From a virus, in the IMG/VR virus record IMGVR_UViG_3300012944_000004: 64,000 bases of DNA. One strand, written 5' to 3'. Within the stretch, counting starts at the first letter, position 1. Each line of letters begins with the position of its first letter. Below are positions 18,799 to 27,686 of the stretch, piece after piece. The translations under genes and the position numbers were made by a program. Under the pieces are notes generated by a model. The model did no database searches and was not told the origin of the DNA. It worked only from the letters and a program-made list of their open reading frames with translations.

Positions 18799-19223
18799 GC
18801 GTTGGTGTTGGCCGGTGGCGGAGCCACGATGTAGTTGATGACGCTCGTCTGCGTTGTGCGCGTCGTGGTGTCGAGCCACACGTAGGTGTGGGTGATGGGC
18901 CCCTGAAACTCGAAGGGTTGGGGCGCGACGGTGTTGCCGGCGGCGCCCGCTCCGTCGATGCTCACCCACCGGCCGCCCAGCGGCAGCCACGCGATGACGA
19001 CGGCGCCCACCTGGACCTGCTGGGTGATGTTCTGCCGCGGGGCGACCGTGACGTCGATGCGCGTGGAGGCGTCGCCGGAGGTCAGCTGCAGGGGCGCAGG
19101 CGGGGGAGGAGGCACGATCGACCCGGTGGTGTCGGTCTTGCGATGCTCCCACGCCCGCAGGGCCAGCGCGCCTGCCAGCGCACCAGCCACCCCTGCGAGC
19201 AATAGCTCCGTCGAAGTCTTCAC
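18795..19223 (-). CDS. N-terminally anchored beta-domain protein (paralogue family A)
   Basis: TM LLLAGVAGALAGALAL, Pro linker, WLPLGGRW...VWLDTTTRTTQTSVI. Confidence 0.75.
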   Translation of the reverse strand: MKTSTELLLAGVAGALAGALALRAWEHRKTDTTGSIVPPPPPAPLQLTSGDASTRIDVTVAPRQNITQQVQVGAVVIAWLPLGGRWVSIDGAGAAGNTVAPQPFEFQGPITHTYVWLDTTTRTTQTSVINYIVAPPPANTNA

Positions 19224-19231
19224 AGCGCGGC

Positions 19232-19792
19232 TCAGAACTCGCCGCAGCTGGCCGACAGGGTCATCGCCGAGAGGTTGTGCGTCGCGGAGATCGCGAAGAC
19301 GAGCCAGAACTCGCCCGGCGCGACGAAGAGGCCCGAATGCGAAAGCGTCTGGCTCAGGTTGCCCGTGGCGAACGTCGCCGATTGCGTGGAGGGCACAGCC
19401 ACCGGAGCGCCGCCCGTCACCGTGATGGCTGACGACTCCCAGGTGAAGATGGGGGCCGGCGCAGGGCCACCGACGTTGGTGCCACCGGAGACGCTGGTCA
19501 CACCGCCGAAGATCGACACCGACGACAGGACCGTGTCAGCCGCCGAGTCGGTGTAGAGCAACTGGAAGTCGAACATGAAGCGCGCCGTGATGACGGGCTT
19601 CATGTGAAAGAGCGCGACGACCGCGCTCGAGGGCGCCGTCAGGTTGGCCGGCGAGACGGGAGCGACGTTGGTCGGCACCGCCGTGTTGCGAACACCTGCG
19701 GATCGCGCGCCGACGCCGCCGGCCATCGACGCCGCGAAGTCAGCCATCTCCTGCTGTCCAGGCATTCCGCCGTAGATGCTGCCGGGGTTCAT
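19232..19792 (-). CDS. Beta-rich putative virion protein
   Basis: Alternating hydrophobic strands, Gly/Pro turns; inside the structural operon. Confidence 0.6.
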   Translation of the reverse strand: MNPGSIYGGMPGQQEMADFAASMAGGVGARSAGVRNTAVPTNVAPVSPANLTAPSSAVVALFHMKPVITARFMFDFQLLYTDSAADTVLSSVSIFGGVTSVSGGTNVGGPAPAPIFTWESSAITVTGGAPVAVPSTQSATFATGNLSQTLSHSGLFVAPGEFWLVFAISATHNLSAMTLSASCGEF

Positions 19793-19825
19793 GATGATCT
19801 TTCTTTCGTTGGGAAACTTGTGGGA

Positions 19826-20329
19826 TCAGTATTCTTCAACTTCGAACTGCGTCGCGCGGGTCCGGAAGATGATATCCGATGCCGCATCCGCGCCGACGAG
19901 CAAGTTGATGGGGGTCGTCGATCCGACCGGTGCAGTGAAAGCCGCGGCGGTAGGCAAGTCGATGACGAATGCGACCGTCGACACGGCTCCCTCGCCACTC
20001 GGCTGCACCAAGAGGGGAAACTGCACGTAGTCGGCCACCAGCACACTCGCGCCGTGGCTCACGCTTCCGAAGAGGTTGTGTGCGCCGGCATCGACGTTGG
20101 AGACGTAGCCAAACCAGCGCGCGCGAAACCGGCCCGTGCCCTTGGCGACCATCGAGAGTGTCGCTGCGATCTGGTAGACCGGGCTGAGTGCGGTGACGGT
20201 CAGCGGCGCCACCGAGACCCACTTCTTGTTGCCCAGGATGTTGAGCGCCTGGACTGCAGCCGCGCGCGACCACTCGACGTCGGGGACGCCAAGAGCCGGT
20301 GTTTCGAGAGGTCGTCGTGCGTCGCCCAT
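19826..20329 (-). CDS. Beta-rich putative virion protein
   Basis: Strand-rich 167 aa; operon context. Confidence 0.6.
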   Translation of the reverse strand: MGDARRPLETPALGVPDVEWSRAAAVQALNILGNKKWVSVAPLTVTALSPVYQIAATLSMVAKGTGRFRARWFGYVSNVDAGAHNLFGSVSHGASVLVADYVQFPLLVQPSGEGAVSTVAFVIDLPTAAAFTAPVGSTTPINLLVGADAASDIIFRTRATQFEVEEY

Positions 20330-20332
20330 GGC

Positions 20333-20746
20333 TCAGTGCCTCTTCTTGCGTTTGCTGTAGGTGTAAGCGGCCAGTGCGCCGGCCACGATGACGCCCACCG
20401 CGATGTACGGCAGGGGACCCACCCCCGAAGAACCGCTCGAGACGACGACGGGCGGATTCGACCCGCCGCCGCCCCCGCCCCCGCCCTGCGAGACGCAACC
20501 AGGAGGCGCCGTCTGTCCGGCGAGGGCCGCGTTGCCGTCGTTGGCGTTGATGGTGGCTTGCAGTGCCGCGCTCGTCTTGGGGCTATAGCGACCATCGACG
20601 GCGAGTGCGGGCGAGCCGCCTGCCGCGTTGTAGGCGGCCTGGAAGTCGCTGACGCTCGTCTTGGCGACATCCTGGCAGCCGTTGTCGGTGAGGTCACCGT
20701 AGAGGAAGCTGGCGGCCGACTGGAGGCCCGAAGCGCTGAGGCTCAT
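20333..20746 (-). CDS. PG_binding_1-like domain with C-terminal TM and basic tail (family B)
   Basis: VSDFQAAYN...LAVDGRYSPKTSAAL; tail SSGVGPLPYIA...VAGALAAYTYSKRKKRH. Confidence 0.75.
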   Translation of the reverse strand: MSLSASGLQSAASFLYGDLTDNGCQDVAKTSVSDFQAAYNAAGGSPALAVDGRYSPKTSAALQATINANDGNAALAGQTAPPGCVSQGGGGGGGGSNPPVVVSSGSSGVGPLPYIAVGVIVAGALAAYTYSKRKKRH

Positions 20747-21144
20747 GCGTGTCTGCCCTTCTTCTTGCTGTACGTGTAGGCGGCCAGCGCGCCGGCCACG
20801 AGGAGAGCCGCGGCGAGATACGGCAAGGGGCCGACCCCCGAGGAAGCGGACGATCCCCCACCGGGAGCCGGCACGGGAGGCAGTGGCCCTGGAGGCGTGG
20901 GCGGTGTGGGGTGCGGCACGGGGCCGCCGAAGCAGTTGGGCGGGACATCGGTGAGCCCGAGCGCCGTGCGCAGCGCGCCCTCGGTCAGCGGTCCGTACTG
21001 GCCATCCTCATTGAGCGTGTCGGTTGGATTGGCGGCGTTCCACGCGTTCTGAAAGTCGGCCACCACTTGCACGAAGTTCTTCGTGCATGGGTTGGCTGTG
21101 AAGTACGCGACGATGGCCGCTCCAGTGGTCTGTGTATCGCTCAT
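20743..21144 (-). CDS. PG_binding_1-like domain with C-terminal TM and basic tail (family B)
   Basis: VADFQNAWN...LNEDGQYGPLTEGAL; tail SSGVGPLPYLA...VAGALAAYTYSKKKGRHA; start re-called at 21144. Confidence 0.75.
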   Translation of the reverse strand: MSDTQTTGAAIVAYFTANPCTKNFVQVVADFQNAWNAANPTDTLNEDGQYGPLTEGALRTALGLTDVPPNCFGGPVPHPTPPTPPGPLPPVPAPGGGSSASSGVGPLPYLAAALLVAGALAAYTYSKKKGRHA

Positions 21145-21419
21145 CGACGTCGCCTCTTCGGTTGAGTCGCAAGATACACGACTGTGCCCCCGGCGACTGC
21201 CGCGCCGAACACCATGAGCGCGATGTTGGTCGACGAGACTGTGTAGGTCGCCGCGCCCACCTGCCGCTTGGCGAGGCCCGCGACGCGCGTGCCGCCCTCG
21301 GCGATGGGGACAGTCGATGCGATAGCGGCAGCGGCCTGCGCGCAGGGCCCACATGGCTTCTTCTTGACGATCGCGGTCGCGTCGGCGAGCGCGGTCTTGT
21401 CGTGGCAGTTGCAGCTCAT
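21141..21419 (-). CDS. Small Cys-rich tail-anchored membrane protein
   Basis: MSCNCH...PCGPC; C-terminal TM followed by KRRRR. Confidence 0.7.
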   Translation of the reverse strand: MSCNCHDKTALADATAIVKKKPCGPCAQAAAAIASTVPIAEGGTRVAGLAKRQVGAATYTVSSTNIALMVFGAAVAGGTVVYLATQPKRRRR

Positions 21420-22318
21420 GTCGACCCCGGATTGCGCCTTGGAGACGCAGCCAGTTCGTAGTTGTCGGCTGCGACTTCGTCCTCGAAGAGGATGGAGCCG
21501 TAGATGCGCCAGAACTGGGGCCCAGCCGCGGGAGCAATCTCACCTCCGGGGAAGCTGTACTTGAAGATGAAGTCCTCTTCCGGGGGGCCGCCGAGCGCCG
21601 TGCCGTTGGAAGCCACTGCGGGGTTGAAGACGATGCCAGGGCGCGTCGCAGGATCGGTCTGCAGGATCGACGCGTAGAGCGAGATGCGCCAATTGCCTGG
21701 GACGTCCTCATTGATGCTGTCCCAGGCCTGGTCGCTGGCCCACGGGTACCTGATGTCTCTAATGGCCTTGAGGCCTGCGATGGGCTGCCAGTCCTGCGCC
21801 CAGGTCGGCGGCGCGTAGGTAAGCAGCGTGAGGGGGTAGTTGACCGGCGCGCCCTTGACGTCGACTGCGGACGCCGTGAAGTCGCTGTAGAGGAAGGCCG
21901 GCGTGTCGCTGCTGTTGAAGGCCCACGAAGCGGTCTGTCGCGGGTCGGTCTGGCCTGGCCGCTGGATCATCGGCTCCTTGACCAGATGCCAAGACACGTT
22001 GGCGCCGTCGGAGAAGCGGAAGGTCGGCGTGGTCACCAGCAAGCTCACGGGCCGCTCGGTCGTCACGTCATTCATGAACGGCGCGAGATCCATGCCGATC
22101 TCGAGGCCTTGGCGGATACCGCACACGCGCGTCGAGTAGTTCTGAATGACCCGCGTCGAGAGCAGGACGAGATAGCGGGTGTCGAACGTGTTGACGAGCG
22201 AAGGGATACGCAGACCCGTCGCGACGGGCGTCATTCGAGGCGAAAAGGGATCACTCGAGAGCCCCTGGAGGGCCTCGTCGACACCGCTCGTCGCTATCTC
22301 GAACCGCCTCGTAGGCAA
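21416..22318 (-). CDS. Beta-rich putative virion protein (minor capsid/vertex candidate)
   Basis: 300 aa, strand- and Pro-rich, no TM; operon context. Confidence 0.6.
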   Translation of the reverse strand: MPTRRFEIATSGVDEALQGLSSDPFSPRMTPVATGLRIPSLVNTFDTRYLVLLSTRVIQNYSTRVCGIRQGLEIGMDLAPFMNDVTTERPVSLLVTTPTFRFSDGANVSWHLVKEPMIQRPGQTDPRQTASWAFNSSDTPAFLYSDFTASAVDVKGAPVNYPLTLLTYAPPTWAQDWQPIAGLKAIRDIRYPWASDQAWDSINEDVPGNWRISLYASILQTDPATRPGIVFNPAVASNGTALGGPPEEDFIFKYSFPGGEIAPAAGPQFWRIYGSILFEDEVAADNYELAASPRRNPGST

Positions 22319-22343
22319 CGTGAAGCTCCCATCGGAACGTGAA

Positions 22344-22691
22344 TCAGGTGAAGGTCAGGACAGTGGTCTGGATGACGTTGTTGGAGTCGGACCACGCAAC
22401 GGTGGCGATGCTCCCCTTCTGCACAGTCAGGTGCAAGTGTGACGTCGGCGACGACGGGACGGTCACGACGCCGGAGACTCCACCGAGCGCGAGCACCGCC
22501 GCTGCCGACCAGCCCGTGGCGCCATGAGGCAGCGCGAGGGCGATGTTGCCGTTGCTTGGCGTAGGCAAGTTGGCGGTGCCCGAGCCGATCGTTGTTGCGG
22601 CGTAGAACTTCTCGTACGCCCAGACTCCGCCGCCGGCCACCGCGGCCACGCCGAGGATGGTCATCCAGATGTGCTTGGAGCTCTTCTTCAT
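22344..22691 (-). CDS. N-terminally anchored beta-domain protein (family A)
   Basis: Start MKKSSKH at 22691; TM ending AYE; LALPHGATGW...VAWSDSNNVIQTTVL. Confidence 0.75.
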   Translation of the reverse strand: MKKSSKHIWMTILGVAAVAGGGVWAYEKFYAATTIGSGTANLPTPSNGNIALALPHGATGWSAAAVLALGGVSGVVTVPSSPTSHLHLTVQKGSIATVAWSDSNNVIQTTVLTFT

Positions 22692-22726
22692 GTAATTCGA
22701 CCGACGGCCGCCTCTTCGCTGCGCCA

Positions 22727-23119
22727 TCAGCTCACCGAGATGTTGATGGTCGTCGTCTGCGCGTTGCCGCTCGCGTCCGTCCACAGCGCCGTCAGCGGAA
22801 AGACGCCCGTCTGCGCGCTCATCTGCACGTTGAAGGCGATGTTGCCTGTCGGCTGCACCGCGGTGGGGTTGAGCGGCTTGATGGGCACCCCAGACGCCCA
22901 GGAGGCGCCCGTCGGCAGCGTCAGCACGACGTTGCCGTTCTTGGAGACCGAGACCGTCGTCGCGCCGGGCTGCAGACCCACCTGCGCGCTCGCCGGAGCG
23001 CTCGAGGGGACCGGTGGAGTAGCGGCCTTGGCGTGCTTCTCGTAGACCATCAGCGCCAGCGCGCCCGCGGTCGCCGAGAGGGCCGCCGGCAGCCAGTTCT
23101 TCTTGATCCAATCCAGCAC
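22727..23119 (-). CDS. N-terminally anchored beta-domain protein (family A)
   Basis: TM ending VYE; LTLPTGASW...ALWTDASGNAQTTTI. Confidence 0.75.
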   Translation of the reverse strand: MLDWIKKNWLPAALSATAGALALMVYEKHAKAATPPVPSSAPASAQVGLQPGATTVSVSKNGNVVLTLPTGASWASGVPIKPLNPTAVQPTGNIAFNVQMSAQTGVFPLTALWTDASGNAQTTTINISVS

Positions 23120-23132
23120 GTGGTGGCTCCTG

Positions 23133-23798
23133 TCAGCGCCCGACGGGCGCAGCCTGCGCGGTCGTCAGCGCCGCGGTCATCTCGGGGTCTGCCGCGTAGA
23201 TCGCGAGCAGCTCCTTGAAGGCCTGCCCGTTGCTCATCGACACGAACTCGTCGGTCCCGTACGGCTGCCAGAGGCGCAACGACGCGATGACCGTGAGGGG
23301 GAGACTCGGAAGAGGAACCTCAGCCTGGAAGTCGAACTCCACCGACTGGGTGTAGGTGAGAATCCAGCCCATCGGCCACGCGGGGCTGTTGCCGATGACG
23401 TCGGCGAGCGTTTCGAGCGGCGTGAAGAAGGGCGCCACCGCGTAGCGTGGCGCGCCCATCACGTTCATCTTCGCGCTGATGCCCGAGTTCTGCTTGAACT
23501 CGTCGTCGCTCTGGTTTTTGAAGATGTTGCCTGGGAAGCTGCTCGGCTGCTGGAAGGTGAACTTCAAGCTGTCGACGACGGAGATCTGGGTGATGCGGCC
23601 CTGGCCGTTCTCGAGCGCGACGGTCGGCTTGACGTTGACGTCGGGGCTGGTGAAGGTCGCCCGCGCGCTGAGGATGTACGGCGCGAAGGGCACCTTCCAG
23701 GCGCGCGCGAGGGCGAGCAGGGGGCTGTACTGGGCCACTTCCTGGATGGGCGCCGTCATCCACCGCGGGGTGTTGGAGCTGCAACCGCATCCGGACAT
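23133..23798 (-). CDS. Beta-rich ~221-aa protein, candidate single jelly-roll capsid/penton protein
   Basis: Directly follows the 431-aa candidate; strand-rich, no TM; start MSGCGC. Confidence 0.5.
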   Translation of the reverse strand: MSGCGCSSNTPRWMTAPIQEVAQYSPLLALARAWKVPFAPYILSARATFTSPDVNVKPTVALENGQGRITQISVVDSLKFTFQQPSSFPGNIFKNQSDDEFKQNSGISAKMNVMGAPRYAVAPFFTPLETLADVIGNSPAWPMGWILTYTQSVEFDFQAEVPLPSLPLTVIASLRLWQPYGTDEFVSMSNGQAFKELLAIYAADPEMTAALTTAQAAPVGR

Positions 23799-23865
23799 GG
23801 GGAAAACCTCTGGTGACAACTGCGGGGGAAAGCGGGGAGAGAAGAAGCGAAGAAGGACTTACGCG

Positions 23866-23892
23866 CTGCGGGGCGCTGCCTCCCTCAGCGGC
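23866..23892 (-). terminator. GC hairpin after the capsid candidate, followed by a pyrimidine-rich tract
   Basis: CGCTG.GGG pairs with CCC.CAGCG; downstream run is mixed C/T, not a clean U tract. Confidence 0.35.
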
Positions 23893-23895
23893 TTC

Positions 23896-25191
23896 TCAGG
23901 AGGCCGTCATCTGAACGCCGCACTCCTGCATGAGGGCGGTGGACAGGTCCACGCTCTTGAGCGCATCGGCCTGGTCGTCGGTGAGCTCGAAGCCCTTGAT
24001 CGTCTCGGTGATCTTGAAGGGCGCGAACTTGAAGTACATGCGCTGCGCGAGCATGGTCTCGGAGGCGATGCCGTTGTCGAGCTGCAGCTCCTGCGCGCCC
24101 ACGCCCGCGCCCGAGTTGATGTTGGGGAAGTCGGTGAACTGCGCCGGGGTCGTCCCGCCGAGCTGGAAGGTGGACGACAGCCACGCCTGCATCATCGCCT
24201 GCTCGTCGGTGTCGCTCACGTCGGCGCGCAGACCGATGGGAACGCCCGGCTTGAGCAGGTACGGCACCGTCAGCTTGCGGAAGTCCGTGTTGCCACGGAG
24301 GTACGCGCGGACGCCCGAGCCGCCGTAGGTCGCGGGGACCAGATCGTTGCGGTACGGCCGGAAGGACGACGAGTTGGCCGGCGTGCCGAGGGCGCCCGTG
24401 CCGCCGACGCGGATGCGGTCCATCGTGAGAAACACGAACGGCGACCCGAGGGTGTTGGCGTAGTAGTCGTTGCCCTGGTTGATGTCGTAGCCGGTGTCGC
24501 GCATCGAGCTGGAGGCCGAGCCATCCTGCGCGTTGCTCGGCACGTAGGCCGTGTAGCGCAACGAGTCACGCACGATGTTGGTGCGGCTTCCGAACTGCCA
24601 GATCAGGTTGTACGCGCGGACCATGTGGTACATGAACCGCTCCTGCCAGCCGCCGAAGTCGGCAATCGCAGGGATGAGCGGCGTCGCGCCGCCCGTGTTG
24701 AGCGCCGTGTCGGTCGCCGTGAAGACGTCCGGGCTCGGGGGCTTGGCGACTCCAGCTTCGGGCGTCGCGAACGCGTTGCCGGTGGTTGTCCAGATCCAGG
24801 GGATCGGCTCCAGATGCCAGCCGATGGCGCAGACCAGGCCGAAGGTCTGCAGCTTGCCCGGCTCCGCGAATGTCGACTCCACGCTCGACGCGCCCGGAGG
24901 CGGCGTCACGCTCGAGGCGCCGAAGGGGTTGATCGAAGCGCCGAAGCTGCCCTGCACGTCCTGCGGGCTGAGCGGCCCGCCGTAGTGGATGCGCACGCTC
25001 TCGATCGTGGGCAGGTTGTAGGTCGGCGACGCCAGCTGCTGCGTCAGGCGCCCGACGAAGCGCTTCTTGTCGCCTTCGGCATTGGCACCCGCGGTGGCGG
25101 GTACCCAGCCGAGGGCCATCTTGCGCGTCGCGGTGTCGCGCGCGAGGTCCATCTGAACGAATTTCGCGGGCTTCTGTCCGTTGCGAGACAT
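23896..25191 (-). CDS. Candidate major capsid protein (jelly-roll type), 431 aa
   Basis: Largest soluble beta/Gly/Pro-rich ORF in the operon; follows the basic core-like protein; no HK97-like context. Position and composition only. Confidence 0.5.
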   Translation of the reverse strand: MSRNGQKPAKFVQMDLARDTATRKMALGWVPATAGANAEGDKKRFVGRLTQQLASPTYNLPTIESVRIHYGGPLSPQDVQGSFGASINPFGASSVTPPPGASSVESTFAEPGKLQTFGLVCAIGWHLEPIPWIWTTTGNAFATPEAGVAKPPSPDVFTATDTALNTGGATPLIPAIADFGGWQERFMYHMVRAYNLIWQFGSRTNIVRDSLRYTAYVPSNAQDGSASSSMRDTGYDINQGNDYYANTLGSPFVFLTMDRIRVGGTGALGTPANSSSFRPYRNDLVPATYGGSGVRAYLRGNTDFRKLTVPYLLKPGVPIGLRADVSDTDEQAMMQAWLSSTFQLGGTTPAQFTDFPNINSGAGVGAQELQLDNGIASETMLAQRMYFKFAPFKITETIKGFELTDDQADALKSVDLSTALMQECGVQMTAS

Positions 25192-25283
25192 GGGGGAATC
25201 TTCTTTCCGACCGGCCTAGGGTAGTCCAACGACCATTTGCCCTAGGACGCGTCGAGGGGTGGTGGAGAGCGTGACGGTGGGGT

Positions 25284-26525
25284 TCAGGACTCGGTGGCAG
25301 CGAAGGGGTTGAACGGAGGACGGCTGACGTAGCCGGGTCCGACGTCCAGAGAAGGAGTCTGCTGGGGAGCGCCCGCGACTTCGCGCCGTGGGGCATCGAA
25401 GGCGGGAGCCGGCGGGGGAGCGTTGTTCTGCTTGACGGCCTGGGTGTTGCCACCGACCGGCGAGCCGTTGAGGGCCTGCTGCTTGGGGGCGCCCGCGAAG
25501 GTACCCGGGGCGGCACTGGGGAGCGCCGCGGTGGTGGCCTGAGCGAGCTTGGCCTGCGCGGCGAGCTCCGGCGCGTAGAGCCGGAGGCCGAACGAGGTGC
25601 TCTTCATGGCCAGCGACATGCCGTCTTCGGCCGCCTTGCCGAGGGTGCGCGCGGCAGCCGCAAACGCCATCAGCTGGAAGAAGGACTTGGGGCCCTTGCT
25701 CTTGATGAAGGCCGAAAGGCCCATGGGCACGGCGATGGCGAGCGCGTTGTACGCGACGCGCATCCCCGAGCTCCAGATGGGAGTCTGCGGCGACTCGCTG
25801 TCGTAGATCTGCCCGGCGGCGGGCGCGTCCACAAAGCCGCCCTGCGCCGACGACGCGGTGAGCGCGTGGGTCGAACCCATGCGGTCGGCGCCGGCAGCGA
25901 AGAGGTAGCCGATGGTGACGGCGAAGAGGCCCGAGAAGAAGTCCAAGCCTCCCTCGAGCGGGATGGGGTTGTACTTCGCGAGCGGGTTGCGCTTCACGCG
26001 GCGATGCTTCTTGCGGCCCTTGCGCGACTCGGCTGCCTCGTGCGCGTAGCCCGGCGGGTGTGCCCAGCCCTTGGGATGGCCCTTCTTCTTTTTCCCGATT
26101 TTCTGGAAGCCCTGGAAGCCGCCACGCGACTTGGCCTTCTTCTTGGCGCCCTTCTTCTTGGAGCGCGCCTTGGCTGTAGCCTTCTTTTTCTTCGGATGGC
26201 TCTTTGCCTTCTTCTTCGGATGGCTCTTGCCTTCGTTGCGCTTGCGCGTCTTGGCCCCTTTTTTTGCAGCGGCGCTCCGTGCAGCCTTGTTCTCGGCGCG
26301 AGTCTTTGCAGCCTTTTTGGCGGCGAGAGACTTCTTCGATCGGCCCTTCTTCTTGGGATGCGACTTCTTGGCCTTCGACTTCGTCTTCTTGGCAGATGAA
26401 GATCGACTCGGCTTGCGCGGGCTCTTGGTCTTGCCACGCTTTTCCGCTCGACGCTTGGCCTTCGCGGCTTTCTGCATCTTCTCGGTAGCGGCCTTCTGGG
26501 CCTTTGATCGCTTTTTCTTTGCCAC
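25284..26525 (-). CDS. Very basic histone-like protein with two to three membrane segments (core/membrane-DNA linker candidate)
   Basis: GTG at 26525 after GAGGAG; ~190 aa K/A/S-rich N-terminus; RNPL..YNPIP junction; hydrophobic helices; Pro-rich tail. Confidence 0.7.
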   Translation of the reverse strand: MAKKKRSKAQKAATEKMQKAAKAKRRAEKRGKTKSPRKPSRSSSAKKTKSKAKKSHPKKKGRSKKSLAAKKAAKTRAENKAARSAAAKKGAKTRKRNEGKSHPKKKAKSHPKKKKATAKARSKKKGAKKKAKSRGGFQGFQKIGKKKKGHPKGWAHPPGYAHEAAESRKGRKKHRRVKRNPLAKYNPIPLEGGLDFFSGLFAVTIGYLFAAGADRMGSTHALTASSAQGGFVDAPAAGQIYDSESPQTPIWSSGMRVAYNALAIAVPMGLSAFIKSKGPKSFFQLMAFAAAARTLGKAAEDGMSLAMKSTSFGLRLYAPELAAQAKLAQATTAALPSAAPGTFAGAPKQQALNGSPVGGNTQAVKQNNAPPPAPAFDAPRREVAGAPQQTPSLDVGPGYVSRPPFNPFAATES

Positions 26526-26598
26526 GACGTTCTCCTCGGAGGCGCCCGGAGCGGAGGTTCGTCGTTGCGGAGAGTGTCTGGAAACGCGCTTGTCGAGC

Positions 26599-26627
26599 AT
26601 TCCAGCTCTACGGCTGGTCCTTGTCAA
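26599..26627 (-). promoter_or_regulatory. Sigma70-like promoter TTGACA-N17-TGGAAT for the core/capsid operon
   Basis: Perfect -35 and 17-bp spacer. Confidence 0.55.
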
Positions 26628-26771
26628 GCGCTTCCACCGCTTTTTCGATTGACGACGCGCAGCGGCGGTCGGCGCGACGCGCCCTATGGCCTTGTCGTAC
26701 ACGTCGAGGTAATTCGTCGTCACCAACGAAGAACTACGACAAACCGCGGTGTTAGTCGACTCCGCGCGATC

Positions 26772-27218
26772 CTATTGGCCATCGTCCAAGAAGCCCCGCC
26801 AGTTCATCTTCGTCTTGCCGCGCATCACCAGGCAAAGCACGCGCCCGCGGCGCAGCAAAAGAGGCTTCGGCGACGCGAAAGAGTGCTGGTAGCGATCTTC
26901 GTGCTCGCCGACTCGGTCATATTCGATCTTCGAAACTTCGCCTAGGCAAGTCCAACTTGAAGTTCGAATGAGCTCGCCGCGAGCACCTGGGATGCTCACA
27001 GTAGCATGATACGGAACGTACGTTGGACCAAACCACTTGGTCTTGCGAACAGGCTGCTTCGTTTTTGAAATTGAAGTTATCAAACAGCGCTTCGCAGGGA
27101 AGTCCTGCCCGCTCTCGTCGTGCAGCATCATGCCACCCGGCTTGATTGTGCGGCCATCATCGAGGGTGATGACGAGGTGACTTCCCTTGGCGATGAGCAT
27201 CAGGTGCCGCTTCCCCAA
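26772..27218 (-). CDS. Basic hypothetical protein (IEYDR...YQHSF..P.L motif)
   Basis: 148-aa ORF in the structural operon. Confidence 0.6.
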   Translation of the reverse strand: MGKRHLMLIAKGSHLVITLDDGRTIKPGGMMLHDESGQDFPAKRCLITSISKTKQPVRKTKWFGPTYVPYHATVSIPGARGELIRTSSWTCLGEVSKIEYDRVGEHEDRYQHSFASPKPLLLRRGRVLCLVMRGKTKMNWRGFLDDGQ

Positions 27219-27508
27219 TTCAGACGGGGCCAGTCCGGTGCCGGTACGTTGGTCCCAGCCATCGCGTGTGTGCAGTCAACTAGGTACTGCCATACCCCAT
27301 CGACCATGAAGGAGTGACAGACCTGTGGAACACGCGCTTTACCCTTGTGCCAATCCACGCGCATAGATGGCGAAAAGGTAGGCGCTTCATGGGAGCCGTT
27401 GAACGTCCAACGCTCGTCGAACATGTGCGGCCCATCGCACGCAGGACACCACACGCTCATGCCATACGGCTGACCGTCCTTTGTGATCGGGCGTGTCTTG
27501 ATACCCAT
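27200..27508 (-). CDS. DUF6527-like Zn-binding protein
   Basis: WCPACDGPH...WTFNG..APTFSPS...CHSF..DG.WQY..DCTH. Confidence 0.65.
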   Translation of the reverse strand: MGIKTRPITKDGQPYGMSVWCPACDGPHMFDERWTFNGSHEAPTFSPSMRVDWHKGKARVPQVCHSFMVDGVWQYLVDCTHAMAGTNVPAPDWPRLNWGSGT

Positions 27509-27512
27509 CGCC

Positions 27513-27686
27513 TTACTTCTTCTTCATCTTCCAGGCGATGCGCTTGTCGGAGAAGCGCCAGTCTGGTGCAATGGTAAGTCCTTGCTTGATCTTCACGTCG
27601 ACCTTGCTTTGGTCGATCGATGCCAACAGAACGAGGCAGCGCACCCCTTCGATCTTGCCATCGCCACTCGGAGGTGAATCAGCCAT
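27513..27686 (-). CDS. Small basic protein
   Basis: MADSPP start coupled via TGATG. Confidence 0.5.
   Translation of the reverse strand: MADSPPSGDGKIEGVRCLVLLASIDQSKVDVKIKQGLTIAPDWRFSDKRIAWKMKKK

Noticed and set aside
23820-23862. GTAAGT...polypyrimidine...CAG on the minus strand, resembling a 43-nt spliceosomal intron
   Set aside because: Intergenic, in a genome with SD sites, coupled operons and sigma promoters; better explained as the pyrimidine tail after a hairpin.
23479-25224. Long plus-strand ORFs (581 aa here; also 4302-5102, 19604-20779, 61627-62916)
   Set aside because: Antisense shadows of GC-rich minus-strand genes; no SD, no motifs.
25215-25246. CCTAGGG/CCCTAGG inverted repeat in the capsid-candidate leader, and CTAG clustering in intergenic DNA generally
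   Set aside because: Short stem with a long loop; cannot be separated from chance or from general CTAG avoidance in coding DNA without computation.
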